Assembly: GCF_001194135.2 (NCBI RefSeq)
Contig: NC_068994.1
Span: 53,942,862-53,976,989, forward strand
Reading direction: 5' to 3'
Source of the DNA: Octopus bimaculoides
Lineage: Eukaryota
DNA: 34,128 bases
Both the position numbers and the translations under genes were made by a program. How positions within the stretch are numbered: position 1 is the stretch's first letter; the number at the start of each line of letters is the position of its first letter. The notes beneath the pieces are model-generated. The model made no database searches, was not told the DNA's origin, and saw only the letters and a program-made list of their open reading frames with translations. Shown here one piece after another: positions 12,774 through 24,487 of this stretch.

Positions 12774-12778
<5 letters not shown>
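12560..12778 (+). mobile_element. Probable Penelope-like retroelement terminal-repeat remnant
   Basis: Carries the HHR-like motif. Shares the downstream block cc(t/c)gagcgtc..a.taatac with 19075-19245 and ends in a T-rich tract plus a TA run. Confidence 0.45.
12644..12680 (+). ncRNA. Minimal hammerhead-ribozyme-like motif, copy 1, in a probable Penelope-like element remnant
   Basis: CCGACGA-A-GGGC-tac-GCCC-GAA-ACGT-C. The core is like CUGANGA with U4 to C, stem II is 4 bp, stem III is the palindrome ACGU, and the triplet is GUC. Its own stem I is poor. Confidence 0.5.
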
Positions 12779-12828
<50 letters not shown>

Positions 12829-13890
12829 TATATAATATAGTATGTATGTATATATAATGATGTATAATGAACTTATTGTATACAGTGCTCAAGTGCACTA
12901 CAACTCATCAGAAAAAGTAGCCAAAAGTGCATGTACAGTGCATAAAAAACGGAGGGGAGAATCACGTGTGTGTGTGTGTGTGTTTAGATCTGCAATTGCT
13001 TGTATAAATGTGTAGTGATTGGTGTTGTCATCAGTTTCTCCTGTCAATGAATTGTATGGGCACTTTGTGTCTTCAAAGCCATAGGGATTAAGGGATCCCT
13101 TATCTGATAAATAGGTAAGGTTCACATAACCATCACTCTAAACACTTCATCTCTCTACTTCAGTTTTTGAGTTTTTGTATATTCATTTATCCCCTTCCCA
13201 AAATATGAGATATTACCTCCCCTGTCCCAAATAATAACGGTCACCAATTACCTCCCATTAGAATTTTCTACTTGTTGATTCATTTCATTCACAAACTCTC
13301 ATACACAACATGGACTAAAATCTTCTTAAGAAAATACAAAATTACAATAACTTCAATGTCATGATAAGCAAAAGCGAAACCGGTCAACAAACACAATACT
13401 CTTTCACTTATAAAATATATTAAAAAATATACTCAGCTGGTACTTATTTTATTGGCCCCGAAAGGCTGAAAGGCAAAGTCGATCATGGCAGAATTTGAAC
13501 TCAGAACATAGAGCTGGACAATGTTTTGAGTTATAATAGAAACACTTGCCTCAGGTGCTGTGTAGTGGGACTGAACCAAAAGCTACAAGATTGGAAAGCA
13601 GGCTTCTTTACCACACAGCAACACCAGCAAGCATGACAAAATAATCATGAAACAAATGTAGAAACAAAACAGGGTTGTGATTAAGAGTGATTTGGCTGCT
13701 ATTTCAAGCAACCACTTAGAGGTTACACTGATGTTAGAAAAGCAAGCTGGAATCATTTTCCAAATGAGATTGTCTGCTGCTTTTATTCAAACTGATCGAG
13801 TTATAATATAGAAACTCTCTTTGGCTTCATCTGAGCTTGGTATTTTATCCACTTGCTTATTCCATCTCACCAACACTTATATAATTAGGC

Positions 13891-13907
13891 AGAAGAAGAA
13901 GAATAAA

Positions 13908-13938
<31 letters not shown>

Positions 13939-14030
13939 AAGAAGAAGAAGGAGGAGGAGGAGGAGGAGAAGAAGAAGAAGAAGAAGAAGAAGGAGAAGGA
14001 GAAGGAGAAGAAGAAGAAAGAAGAGGAGGA
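13891..14030 (+). repeat. (GAA)n/(GGA)n polypurine microsatellite
   Basis: Read directly from the sequence. Confidence 0.95.
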
Positions 14031-14340
14031 CGGATCATGAAAATTTGATGATCAAATGTTGGGCCATTTGTTGCCATTACTGTAAAGTCAATATGTCAAT
14101 GTGATATGACAGTTGGAATTAATCTAGGGAGAGTAGAAAGGAATTAATATGCACGAGACCAGGAGAAATGTTAATAAAAGGCAATGCTTAGGAAGGAAGG
14201 GTCATAACTCATAATAGTATAGCGCCGAACAGTTAAAACGGTAATGGTAATGTTGGCCATTAATCAAAGTCTATAAATTTTCCAAAATTAGCATTACAAA
14301 TCTACATCGTACCGTTTCCATATAACAACTTATTTCTCAC

Positions 14341-14728
14341 TGGTTTTGTATAAAAACATCTTCAGATAATTTGACAATGGAATATCTGTGTTGATTATCT
14401 GACCAGCTAAAAATAGCAGCTAAATTTCCCTCATTTTTCACATCCTCTATTTTCAACTGGCTTTGTATAAAAACAATATGTTCAGATTATCTGACAAGAG
14501 AATCTTTACGCTGTTGTTTGACCTGTGAGAAATAGCAGCCAAATCCCCATTACCTCTCATCCCTGTTTTCAAATTGCTGTGTTTGAAAACAACATTTTCA
14601 GATAATCTTTGCAATTGTTTGACCTGTTAGAAATGGCAGCTGAATCTCCCTCATCTCACACCCTGCTGCAATTAAGGAGGCCTCTACATGGTTGTTCGAC
14701 TTACTAAAAATAGTAGCTAAATCTCCAG
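14341..14728 (+). repeat. Degenerate tandem array of an approximately 115-bp unit (three copies plus a partial one)
   Basis: Recurring blocks tataaaaaca...ttcagat(a/t)a...tttgacc.g.tagaaatagcagc.aaat.tccc starting near 14341, 14457, 14575 and 14687. Confidence 0.7.
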
Positions 14729-14963
14729 TTAATCCTATTGTTATCATGTTTCTATTGGAATACTTGACTTTTGTTTCATTTAACTTTTAAAATAATGAAG
14801 AATGTAGAAAAATAACTTTTGTCATTATTAAATTGGTGTCTGAGACATAAATCGGCATGAAATCTCAAATTTCAGTTTAAATTTAAATCACCTTACAACA
14901 GGAAGTCTGCATCGTAAAACCACCAGGGGTCAGTTTGAAGCAGGTTGGCATCAAAAAGGTTAA
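14729..14963. mobile_element. piggyBac-like MITE with TTAA at both ends
   Basis: ttaatcctattgttatca ... tggcatcaaaaaggttaa; degenerate TIRs (12 of 18, counting the TTAA). It interrupts a surrounding repeat. Confidence 0.5.
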
Positions 14964-15364
14964 ACTACACCATAATATCTTACAAAGAAAAAGAAAGAAC
15001 CCTAGGAAGAAGATTATACTGAATGATGTAGTCTTAGATACACTGTGCTAGGAAAAAGGCATGATGTACTCATGACAGAAATGCCTTTGACCATAGGCCT
15101 GCTAGATCAGGGTTCGCCTGGGGTTAAACAACAACAACAACAGCAACATGTTCAGATTGTTAATCCTCAAACATTCTCCCCCACCACTCTCCCTCTCTCT
15201 ATCTCTCTCTCTCTATCTATCTATCTCTCTTTTTTATCTATCTATCAACCTCTCTCTCCAAAATTGTTCACAACTATTTTACTCTTCTGTACGAGTCTTT
15301 ATCCTTCTCATTATAAATTGTTGAACCTTCAACCATCTTTTCTTTCTCTCTTCTCTCTTTATCT

Positions 15365-15482
15365 TTCCTTCTTCTTCTTCTTCTTCTTCTTCTTCTTCTT
15401 CTTCTTCTTCTTCTTCTTCTCCTTTCCCTTCTTTCTCCTCTTCTTCTTCTTTCTTCTTTCTTCTTTCTTCTTCTTCTTCTTT
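15365..15482 (+). repeat. (TTC)n polypyrimidine microsatellite
   Basis: Read directly from the sequence. Confidence 0.95.
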
Positions 15483-16300
15483 CATTGTATAACATTTTAT
15501 TGCTGAGGTGAATTACTATTACATGTAATGAGTAACCAGTTCTATTGTGCACCAAAATGTCATCAGTAGAAATTGTAATAATACTGAATACATAATAGAC
15601 CTCATTGTGATCCGATGTGTTCCCAAGTGGTAGATCTTATCAATATAACTGGAGGCTGACTGATCAAAACTAGACACCACAGCCACCAGCCACCACCGTC
15701 CAACACTGCCATCACCACCAGCTGTTACTGCCATCAGCTGCATCTATATGTGAACCCATCAGCTGACTTGCTCCTGCCTCTCTACTCAACACAGCACACT
15801 CACAGCCATACATTACATTACATACATATATACATACACGTGTGTGTGTGTGTGTGTGTGTGTAATAAGACCAAGTGTACCAGTATCAATATGCCAAACC
15901 CACTTAGCATCTACTTGTTGTCTTCAACTAACTAAATTTAGATTCTCAGTGATTATATCTGAAACTGTCCCTTGCTTGCGGTTGGTTCTCTTTCTTTAAC
16001 ACTTACTGGTTCTTTTCATCCCAGTCCATTATTATTTATTTTACAAGCAGAACAATTCAATCCATTGCTAAAAACTACTTGTGTTGAAGAATCTGCTTTC
16101 TCTGCTGCTGCTGCTGCTGCTGCTGGTTGTTTGCAGCTTGTTTCTTATTCCTTGTTTGTTTGTTTGATATTTTATTTGTGTGTTTTTCTTTTTTGGAGGA
16201 GGGAGTATTTTTTTTTTTTGGTTTATTTGTCTCTTTTTCTCTCTTTATGATTCAGTGTCAGTCTGTCCATCTGTCTCTCACACACACAGTATACTCCTTT

Positions 16301-16343
<43 letters not shown>

Positions 16344-16494
16344 TTACTAAACCCCTTCTCCTACTCACTTTCTTTTTCACATTCTGACTCTTCTCCTCAT
16401 CCTCTAATTCTTTCTTTTTCCCCTCCATCTCTTTCTCTCTGCTAATTATGTATGTATTTGTGCGTGTGTCTATGTGTATGTATGTGTGTGTGTA

Positions 16495-16790
16495 TCATCA
16501 TCATCATCATCATCATCGTTATTATTTAACGTCTGCTTCCCATGCTGGCATAGGTTGGACGGTTTGACTGAGGACTGGTGAGCCGGAGGCTGCATCAGGT
16601 TCAATCTGATCTGGCAAAGTTTCTACAGCTGGATGTCCTTCCTAATGCCAACCACTCCGAGAGTGTAGTGGGTGCTTTTACATGACACCAGCATGAGGGC
16701 CAGTCAGGTGGTTCTGGCAACGACCACGCTCAACAGGTGTTTTTTTACATGCTACCTGCACAGGAGCCAGTATGGTGGCACTGACAACGA

Positions 16791-16834
<44 letters not shown>

Positions 16835-17045
16835 GTATGTATAAATATGTGTACACTGTGACACACATATATGTCATCATCATCATCATCATTTAACGTC
16901 TGTTTTCCATGTTGGCATGGGTTGAATGGTTTGATAGGACTTAGCACACTGAACAACTGCACCAATCTCCAGTTGCCTTGTTTTGACATGGTATCTACGC
17001 CTCGATGCCTTTCCTAATACCAACCACATTACGGAGTGTACTAGG
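16495..17045 (-). mobile_element. Two tandem RTE-type 3' tail fragments
   Basis: (cat)n tttaacgtctg.tt.ccatg.tggcat.ggtt at about 16495 and 16878, with body ctggatgtccttcctaatgccaaccac. Confidence 0.65.
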
Positions 17046-17789
17046 GGCATTTTTCTCCACAGACCTCTCTCACTCTCTTCTTTCTAACTCTGTTTCTCTC
17101 TTCTCTCTCGCTATTTTACCTCCCATATTCCACCATTCGTTCTCGCACTCAGAATCTTTCTTTAAAAATTGATCTGAGCTATTTTATAATTTGCTTTTGT
17201 ATTGGTTTTGCAAGATTACTGATATGAAATTGCATGTTGAAATAGATTTTGTTTTATTTTGGGAGGGTCATTATGCCAACAAGAAACACATGCACCGGTT
17301 AAATTTCATTTCTTTTAGACAAGCGGTGGTTAAATTTCATTTCTTTTAGACAACTAGTTAGCCATTTAAAAAAAATATGAAAAAGTACCCTATTTTTTGT
17401 TTGGGACTAAAAACTTCTTAGATAGATACATCAACATGTTTAGACATTCCTGATTGATTCAAGATCTTCTGAATAAAAAAAATGCTTCTGCTGTTCATAA
17501 TTGTCTGTCTCCTTGTTGTTTTGTTCTTTGCTAGGATCAATGCGAATGTTGATGTGTCTGTTTGTTATTGGTTATCATTTAACTTACGCTGCTGTCAAAT
17601 ACTAATATATGTTAATGCTGAGATTAAGAGCCTATCTCCTTTCTAAGCAACTGGGCAAGGTACTAAGGGCGATAACTTGTCACTCTCACTGCAGTTTAAT
17701 CCTTTTACTGTGGAAATCAAGATAATAAATATCCACCCAAAATTTCATTATCTTTAGTTGCAGAAAGCAGTTTTATATAATAATCAATC

Positions 17790-18435
17790 TTTTGTTGAGC
17801 ACCGCCTTTAGTTGAACAAATCGACCCCAGGACTTATTACAAAGAATAAGCCTAGTACTCATTCTATTGGTGCCTTTTGCTGAACCGCTAGGTTACAGGG
17901 ACGTAAACATACCAACATCGGTTGTCAAGCGATGGTGGGTAGACAAACACACACACACAAATATATATATATATATAAAATACAAAATGGTACAAGAACA
18001 CAAAACATCCAGACAGTTAGGTGATACAAAAAAGGGACAACAAAACATCCAGACAGACGATACAAAGAAAACAAGGACGGGTCATTCGGAGTTTTCTTTC
18101 CTCAGTCGAGTTCCAGATTATCTTTGCAATTTCGGCTGGTTATACTCGAGATTGCTCCAATCTGGCCAGCTCCAAGGAAAAACTAAGCTAAGAGCATTAG
18201 ATTTCTTGGAAGAAAGCAGCGAATGTATATGAAAACAAGGACGGAAAAAATATATATATTTATATATATACATGACGGGCTTCTTTCAGTTTCCATCTAC
18301 CAAATCCACTCACAAGGCTTTGGTCAGCCCAAGGCTATAGTGAAAGACACTTGCCCAAGGTGCCATGCACTGGGACTGAACCTGGAACCATGTGGTTGAT
18401 AAGCAGGCTACTTACCACACAGCCTCTCCTGTACC
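17790..18435 (-). mobile_element. SINE family A copy with a nested insertion (about 17990-18248) in its central microsatellite
   Basis: Tail 17790-17960 and well-preserved head/core 18274-18435. Confidence 0.8.
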
Positions 18436-19074
18436 TGTTGTTTTAACCAGTGACACTCACACACATACTCACACGCACATACATGCATAATTTTATTTTA
18501 TTTTATCATATATATTTGTTGCTTATAAGATAAGAAATGAAATTTTAAGACTGAAGTATTGATGTACATATTTTCGTTTAATTAATCTAGATTTACATTT
18601 GTTGAATTAATCAAGCATTCGCATTATAAAATATTCTTTATCAAACCATAACATTACGGGAGATTTTAAGATTGGAAAGGGAGACAATTAAAGCTCTACA
18701 GTAAAATTATCCCAATAGAATTAAGCCTGATTAACAAACATTGTTAGTTTATTAGATAAAAATATAATTCTAAAAAAATAATTGATATAGAACAAGCACT
18801 AATTAATATTTTTAATTAATATTTTTAGAACCTTGCAAATGATACATTAAAGTGTATCACAGAAGATATTTACTTTTGTTAAAGATTTAACAACTGCTCT
18901 TATGAGAAAACTGGCTTTCATTCATCTTTTCTTGTATTTTAAACTTTACTAATAAATGACCAATATTTTTTCTTTTTTTTTTCCTCCTAATTTTAGTCAT
19001 TTGATTGTGGCCATGCTGGAACACTATATCTTTATGACAGAAGCCATGATAGATCGTTGACCAAACACCATTCA

Positions 19075-19245
19075 ATTTTTTTCTCCATGTTTTTCTCCTT
19101 GTTTTCTCCGTATTCTTTCTGTTGAAGAGCGTAGCTCGAAACGTTAAAGACTTTCTGTATTCCCGAGCGTCAAACTAATACATCCTTTTGTTGTTTACAC
19201 CACCTGACCTCGCCTGTTGTTGTCTTTTTTCCGTACATTCTCCCA
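19075..19245 (+). mobile_element. Probable Penelope-like retroelement terminal-repeat remnant
   Basis: Same layout as 12560-12778: pyrimidine-rich lead, HHR-like motif, cccgagcgtcaaactaatac, then a TA run. Confidence 0.45.
19114..19150 (+). ncRNA. Minimal hammerhead-ribozyme-like motif, copy 2, in a probable Penelope-like element remnant
   Basis: TCTTT-CTGTTGA-A-GAGC-gta-GCTC-GAA-ACGT-T-AAAGA. Stem I is a perfect 5 bp (TCTTT/AAAGA), stem II is 4 bp, stem III is ACGU and the triplet is GUU. Core A6 is changed to U. Confidence 0.55.
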
Positions 19246-19307
19246 TATATATATATATTGGATAGATATTATCCCTTAGTGGGTTGGATTCACAACCCCT
19301 AACTTTC

Positions 19308-19345
<38 letters not shown>

Positions 19346-19689
19346 TGGGAAGGCTGGTGTATGGGATTACATTGGGTTTTCCATCCTTAAAGGATTGTTT
19401 TATGGCGTATCGTCATACCCCAAACCTGTTGGACTAAGGAGGTCTTAGGCCAGCTATAGAAAACTTGTCAGAGGTGACACTGGAGCTTGGCATAGATCTT
19501 CAGCTTGATAGACCCTGTCAAACTGTCCAACCCATGGATGGGAAACCCAGGGTAATCCCATAAACCAGCCTTACACATTAAATAAATGATGATGATGATA
19601 CATATCTATACATTACATACAATATATATATATATATANNNNNNNNNNNNNNNNNNNNNNNNNNNNNNNNNNNNNNNNATATATATTTA

Positions 19690-20078
19690 TACTTGTTTCA
19701 GTCATTTGACTGCAGCCATGCTAGAGAACTGCCTTTAGTCGAGCAAATCGGCCCCAGGACTTATTCTTTGTAAGCCTAGTACTTATTCTATTGGCATCTT
19801 TTGCCGAACCACTAAGTTACGGGGACGTAAACACACCAGCATCGGTCTTCAAGCAATGTTGGTGGGGACAATCACAGACACACAAAGATATACACACTTA
19901 CATATGAATATAAATGATGGACTTCTTTCAGTTTCTGTCTACCAAATCCACTCGCAAGGCTTTGGTTGGCCCGAGGCTATAGTAGAAGACACTTGCCTAA
20001 GGTGCCATGTAGTGGGACTGAACCCAGAACCATGTGGTTAGTAAGCAAGCTACTTACCACACAGCCACTCCTGTGCCT
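19690..20078 (-). mobile_element. SINE family A copy, well preserved
   Basis: Tail 19690-19885 and head/core 19917-20078 align by eye with 17790-18435 and 2341-2955. Confidence 0.85.
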
Positions 20079-20252
20079 ATATATATGTACGGGGAAGTAC
20101 TAACTCTTCCGTGTTGCACACTTGGATAATTGTGAAGATCTCTGGACATGAAACCATTCGTTGCCTTGTTAACCCACAAATAAAAGAATATTTATCCACC
20201 AATGTGGCATTGTGCACTCATTCTCGCTGTTTAATATTAACATGTGCGTGTG

Positions 20253-20304
<52 letters not shown>

Positions 20305-20429
20305 AAACCTCTTTATCATTCTGTTTTCGCTTTTTTTCAAGTCATTTCACTTCCCTTAACGCTAAGCCACCACAACAAGCAAATGACAGCCAAACTTTCT
20401 TTTTTTTCTTTCTGGCTATTTTTGTTGTT

Positions 20430-21278
20430 NNNNNNNNNNNNNNNNNNNNNNNNNNNNNNNNNNNNNNNNNNNNNNNNNNNNNNNNNNNNNNNNNNNNNNN
20501 NNNNNNNNNNNNNNNNNNNNNNNNNNNNNNNNNNNNNNNNNNNNNNNNNNNNNNNNNNNNNNNNNNNNNNNNNNNNNNNNNNNNNNNNNNNNNNNNNNNN
20601 NNNNNNNNNNNNNNNNNNNNNNNNNNNNNNNNNNNNNNNNNNNNNNNNNNNNNNNNNNNNNNNNNNNNNNNNNNNNNNNNNNNNNNNNNNNNNNNNNNNN
20701 NNNNNNNNNNNNNNNNNNNNNNNNNNNNNNNNNNNNNNNNNNNNNNNNNNNNNNNNNNNNNNNNNNNNNNNNNNNNNNNNNNNNNNNNNNNNNNNNNNNN
20801 NNNNNNNNNNNNNNNNNNNNNNNNNNNNNNNNNNNNNNNNNNNNNNNNNNNNNNNNNNNNNNNNNNNNNNNNNNNNNNNNNNNNNNNNNNNNNNNNNNNN
20901 NNNNNNNNNNNNNNNNNNNNNNNNNNNNNNNNNNNNNNNNNNNNNNNNNNNNNNNNNNNNNNNNNNNNNNNNNNNNNNNNNNNNNNNNNNNNNNNNNNNN
21001 NNNNNNNNNNNNNNNNNNNNNNNNNNNNNNNNNNNNNNNNNNNNNNNNNNNNNNNNNNNNNNNNNNNNNNNNNNNNNNNNNNNNNNNNNNNNNNNNNNNN
21101 NNNNNNNNNNNNNNNNNNNNNNNNNNNNNNNNNNNNNNNNNNNNNNNNNNNNNNNNNNNNNNNNNNNNNNNNNNNNNNNNNNNNNNNNNNNNNNNNNNNN
21201 NNNNNNNNNNNNNNNNNNNNNNNNNNNNNNNNNNNNNNNNNNNNNNNNNNNNNNNNNNNNNNNNNNNNNNNNNNNNNN
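20430..21278. other. Assembly gap (largest of eight)
   Basis: N run. The other gaps are 9625-9847, 11503-11708, 19639-19678, 22541-23099, 24786-25229, 28621-28910 and 32973-33066. Confidence 1.
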
Positions 21279-23258
21279 TGGAGGAAGGAGTTGATGGGAA
21301 CAGAAATAAGTATTTGTTAAAAATAAAAGTTAAAACACACCTACCCTGTTCTACTGATTTGACTTTCACTCAGTCAGAAGTTACCAACAAGCATTCATTT
21401 ACATCTGGGTTGTTTTTTTTTTTTTTTAAAAAACCCATTAATTACGATTACATAAGCTTTTGTTTATTTATTTATTATTTTAATGTTAATGCATTTTGAG
21501 GGTCTAAAGTCTGGCCAGAAGCCCAGCCAGCCAGCCAACCAACCAACCGTCATTTGTTTTGTTATAACACTTACATCATTGTATTGACTATATATCATAC
21601 TACATCTGAGACTGTTACTCCAGCATGGCCTTTGTTGTGCCGACTAATATCGTGGATTTTAAATTCTATAACAGTCAACCTCAGGATTACTAAACTTACA
21701 TAAATTACATGATTTTAACACAAGCTGTATAATTAAGGTGACGCTCCAGTATGGTCACCTTAACCACGACAGTTGAAACAAACTAAAACACACACACACA
21801 TGCACACATACACAAATATATATGATGGCTGCAAAGGTTCTTATTTATGTAAGTATGTATATATGTATATATATATATATCTTAGGGTTTTATCATTTTG
21901 TGTGTGTATGTTTGTATGTGTATCTATTTGTCTACCTTTCCATCTAACTATTCATATTTATATGTGTGTGTATGTTTGTATTCATGTATGTATACATATT
22001 CGTACATATATTTGTGTGTGTGCGTGTGTTGTGTTTGTATCCCCTTGTGGTCACACTACGCGATAGTCGTAAACGAGTGGCACCATCATACAAGCAGTGT
22101 CCTTTGTTTCCAAACATGTCCAGCCAAGAAGAAGTATTACCTTTCTTGGAACCAACCAGGTGAAGACTGGTGAAAGGAAGCACATCCAGTCACAAAAAAA
22201 ATCTCCTTCAACACACTTCATCTGATCCGAGTGGGCATGGAAAAGCACGATGGCATTCTCCCATAATTCAACATGTTTTCCATGAAAGACTGGAAACAAA
22301 CAACGTCACTTGTATGACAATGAGGATCATTTACAACTGTCACATGACAACTAGACAAGGGTACACACAAACACACACATATATACATATACATATATAT
22401 ACAATGGGCTTCTTTCAGTTTTCCTCTCTCAAATCTACTCGTAAGGCTTTGGTTGATCCAAGGCAATAGTAGAAACACTTGCCTAAGGTGCTGTGTATAT
22501 ATATATGTTTGTATATGTATTTGTGTATGTGTGTGTGTGTNNNNNNNNNNNNNNNNNNNNNNNNNNNNNNNNNNNNNNNNNNNNNNNNNNNNNNNNNNNN
22601 NNNNNNNNNNNNNNNNNNNNNNNNNNNNNNNNNNNNNNNNNNNNNNNNNNNNNNNNNNNNNNNNNNNNNNNNNNNNNNNNNNNNNNNNNNNNNNNNNNNN
22701 NNNNNNNNNNNNNNNNNNNNNNNNNNNNNNNNNNNNNNNNNNNNNNNNNNNNNNNNNNNNNNNNNNNNNNNNNNNNNNNNNNNNNNNNNNNNNNNNNNNN
22801 NNNNNNNNNNNNNNNNNNNNNNNNNNNNNNNNNNNNNNNNNNNNNNNNNNNNNNNNNNNNNNNNNNNNNNNNNNNNNNNNNNNNNNNNNNNNNNNNNNNN
22901 NNNNNNNNNNNNNNNNNNNNNNNNNNNNNNNNNNNNNNNNNNNNNNNNNNNNNNNNNNNNNNNNNNNNNNNNNNNNNNNNNNNNNNNNNNNNNNNNNNNN
23001 NNNNNNNNNNNNNNNNNNNNNNNNNNNNNNNNNNNNNNNNNNNNNNNNNNNNNNNNNNNNNNNNNNNNNNNNNNNNNNNNNNNNNNNNNNNNNNNNNNNT
23101 GGTGGATTTATACCATTGTGTTATCTATGACTACATCAATAAAATTCTACCAAAACAGCTGCAGTAAATTTTAAACCCCATTTCTGTTCTTTTTATATCT
23201 ACACCACACCTGGAGCTAACACTGAGTCGGACCTATGGCTTATATTGAATTTCGTACC

Positions 23259-23311
<53 letters not shown>

Positions 23312-23737
23312 CTGCAGTGCACTACAAACACATAATACCTCATGGTTGTTTTACCTCATGAACCCTACGTCATGGTAACTAGCCAGTTCTGGGATTCTAA
23401 TGAATCACATGACTAACCAATGTATATATATATGTTTGTATATGTATTTGTGTATGTGTGTGTGTGTATGTGATACACACTTTTACCTACAAATATATTT
23501 ACACATTAATATATATCTGTACCAACATACCAGTGTGTGTGTGTGTGTGTGTGTTTGTATGTATGTAACAATGTTGGCAATGACTTTTTTGACACACTTA
23601 CCCACGCCACAGTCTTGTATCAGTCAAGATGTTCCCTGTTTCTTCATATCTTCTATTTCAAAGATTCTAACAACCAACAGTGCCTATTGTTACTGACCCA
23701 GTTAAGGGCACTTAATTCTCTAAAGACTTGTTTATTT

Positions 23738-23776
<39 letters not shown>

Positions 23777-23877
23777 ACACAGTCTTTCTTTCTCATTCAC
23801 TCTACCTACCTGTCTACCTATCTTTCTGCTTATCTCTTTTTTACTTCCTTCCATTCCCCTTTCTTTCTGTCTTTCTT

Positions 23878-23915
<38 letters not shown>

Positions 23916-24044
23916 CTTCTCTCCTTCTCTCCCTCACTCCTCTCTAGAACTTCTATAAGGATAAATTGCTACCTGAATAGTTTCTGAATGAAAAACCCCC
24001 AAGATTGTCACTATATAAATATCTTTTCATGTTGACCTTTTCAG

Positions 24045-24087
24045 GGCTCTGAAGTTAGTGAAGATGGCATTAGTAAACTACCCTCAG
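24045..24087 (+). CDS. LCORL/Eip93F: Small internal coding exon (43 nt, GSEVSEDGISKLPS-G)
   Basis: Acceptor gaccttttcag and strong donor cag|gtaagt at 24088. It is 14 open codons plus 1 nt, which matches the phase needed by the 29317 exon. No family motif supports it independently. Confidence 0.62.
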
Positions 24088-24487
24088 GTAAGTGTTGACT
24101 TCTTGATATTATTCCGATCTTTTGTGTCAAACAGTCATCAAACAAGTTAACTCTACACACTTACGCGCGCACACACAAACACACACACACACATACACAC
24201 ACATTCACACTCTTTTGCACACACTCACACACACCCACCTGCCAGCACCCACCTCCATCCTTGCTTATTGTCACGTTTGCTCTTGACTATTCTTATAACA
24301 ATACGTATGAAATATCATTTCCATCATCAACAAATTAGTCACAGCTCATTAAGTTTTTCAGAAACGTATTGTTGTGGTGGTGGCCTTTTTTGTTTTTTTT
24401 CTTTCAGTTATATTATTATTATTGTTATTATCATTATTATTATCATCACTATTGTTATTATCATCATCATCATCATCATCATCATTA

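Noticed and set aside
13019-13100. DW...C peptide (CSDWCCHQF...) as the missing LCORL-like exon
   Set aside because: There is an in-frame stop before the gtaagg donor and no compatible acceptor.
14341-14728. Repeat-spacer-like periodicity suggesting CRISPR
   Set aside because: The context is eukaryotic, whole units are degenerate, there are no unique spacers, and no cas genes are present.
16050-16125. Possible exon (QFNPLLKTTCVEESAFSAAAAAAA) as the missing one
   Set aside because: The donor is weak (gttgtt), the phase does not solve the frame problem, and there is no family motif.
17867-18232. 121-aa plus-strand ORF
   Set aside because: It spans a SINE tail, a microsatellite and a nested repeat, with no recognisable protein.
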